Below are positions 62,316 through 63,594 of a stretch of DNA of 63,594 nt, one piece after another (positions within the stretch are counted from its first letter, which is position 1; the number at the start of each line of letters is the position of its first letter). Both the position numbers and the translations under genes were made by a program. The notes beneath the pieces were generated by a model. The model ran no database searches and was not told the origin of the DNA. It saw only the letters and a program-made list of their open reading frames with translations. The DNA comes from Thermodesulfovibrionales bacterium (GTDB lineage Bacteria; Nitrospirota; Thermodesulfovibrionia; Thermodesulfovibrionales; SM23-35): positions 1 through 63,594 of the forward strand of contig CAVQRT010000019.1 of the NCBI GenBank assembly GCA_963715195.1, in the 5' to 3' direction.

Positions 62316-63527
62316 TTAGCCTTCAGCATGCTTATGCATCTTTATCTCGACCTTTTCAGTGAGTCCCTGATAGTACTCACTAAGGATCTTCAGAACTTCA
62401 GGCCGGCTGAACTTTGGTAGAGACGTCTTCTCCCTCTGAGAGCATCTTTCTCAGCTTTGTTCCGCTGAGGATGAGCCTGTCTTCCTTGCCGTGCGGACAG
62501 GTCTTCATCGAGGCCATGCCGTCGCATTTGTCGCACCAGAACGTCCAGTCAATCTTCAGCGGCCTGGTCTCGAGCGCAGCCTGCCGGAATCTCATCGAAG
62601 ATATGATGAGCATCAAACGGGCCATAGTAGTCGCCCACACCTGCGTGGTCACGGCCTACAATAAGGTGGCTGCATCCGAAATTCTGTCTGAACAGTGCGT
62701 GAAGGAGCGCCTCTCTCGGACCCGCATATCTCATGTCAAGCGGATACCCGCCGACAGCTGACGGTGTCTCTTTACAAAATAGTTTTCGATGAGCGCATCA
62801 ATACATTCTGCCGTACATCTGCAGGGATATCGCCTGCTTTCAGTTTGCCGAGGAGCATATGGATATAGACGCCGTCACATACGTCAATCGCGATCTTTGC
62901 CAGAAACTCGTGGGAGCGGTGCATCGGGTTCCGTGTCTGGAACGCGGCAACCCTGTTCCAGCCTTTGTCCTCAACGACTTTCTTGTCTCGGCAGGGCGCA
63001 TGTAAATCCCTTTGTACTCTGTCGGGAACGAACCCTGGCTCAGCACCTTGACAGGACCGGCAAGGTTCACTTCAGCCTGCTCCATGACCTTTGCAACACC
63101 GGGGTGCTCGGTATCGGTCGTCCTGAAGACCTTCTTGCACTCATATGCTTTGTCAATGGTGTATTTCTCTGCGACGGTCATGGTTGCCATGATCTCGTTG
63201 TTCTCGTCAAAGAGCGCGACTTCTTCGCCGTCCTTTATGCTGTCGGCCTGACCCTTGGTGGTGGAGAGCGTGATCGGGATCGGCCAGAAGGTGCCGTCGG
63301 CCATTGGTAGTTGTCGCAGACGCCTTTCCAGTCAGCGATCTCATGAAGCCTGTCAGCGGGGTGAAACCGCCGATGCCCATCATGATAAGGTCGCCCGTTT
63401 CTCGCGGGGACGCAGGTTGATCTGATTCAGTGCCGGCCGCTTTTTTCTTCTCTGCCTCGAGCGCTGCGCCTTCGAGCAGAAGGGGTTTGAGCTTTTTTTC
63501 TTTGCCATGCGGATTAACTAATGCCAT
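62316..63527 (-). CDS. sat: Sulfate adenylyltransferase (frameshifted)
   Basis: [50 protein letters not shown] and LSGTKLR. Confidence 0.95.
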
Positions 63528-63594
63528 TTTGTTCCTCCTTGCCTTATTATTTTTCAAGCGGAAAGCTTGAATTATCTATTGAAGGCCCAACGCC

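Noticed and set aside
55977..63527. Multiple frameshifts in sat, aprA, qmoA and qmoB suggesting loss of the sulfate pathway or programmed frameshifting
   Set aside because: The breaks are single-base indels with motifs intact on both sides, and the same pattern affects recN, dapL and cheW. Unpolished long-read error is the simplest explanation.

Overview
This window comes from a dissimilatory sulfur-metabolising anaerobe, most likely Nitrospirota (Thermodesulfovibrionia-like, inferred from the AprA/Qmo style and gene order). It is mostly housekeeping DNA. From left to right: the 5' end of a DnaJ/CbpA gene; a small accessory zone containing two REP-like inverted-repeat elements; truA; hisD; rseP-dxr-cdsA-uppS; nusB-ribH-ribBA-ribE; lepB; recN; dapL-folK plus a GGDEF protein; hisH; a DsrE-like / IscS-like / IscU module; a 12.5-kb non-flagellar-type chemosensory operon; an MrfA/Hrq1-like helicase; purH; a YkgJ-family gene; and the hppA-qmoCBA-aprAB-sat block on the minus strand. 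Many core genes (sat, aprA, qmoA, qmoB, recN, dapL) carry single-base frameshifts, which most likely reflect unpolished long-read errors. The four leads most worth following are: (1) an IscS homologue that lacks the PLP-binding Lys and stacking His but keeps the Cys loop, sitting between a DsrE-type sulfur carrier and IscU, a candidate desulfurase-independent sulfur or Fe-S relay; (2) twin 27-bp inverted-repeat elements, each preceded by a copy of the dnaJ promoter core, bracketing a metallophosphoesterase; (3) a chemosensory operon with an ExeA-like ATPase, a HEAT-repeat protein and a sensor-less MCP; (4) a K+-independent H+-PPase directly downstream of qmoC. All product calls come from motif recognition only; no database searches were run.
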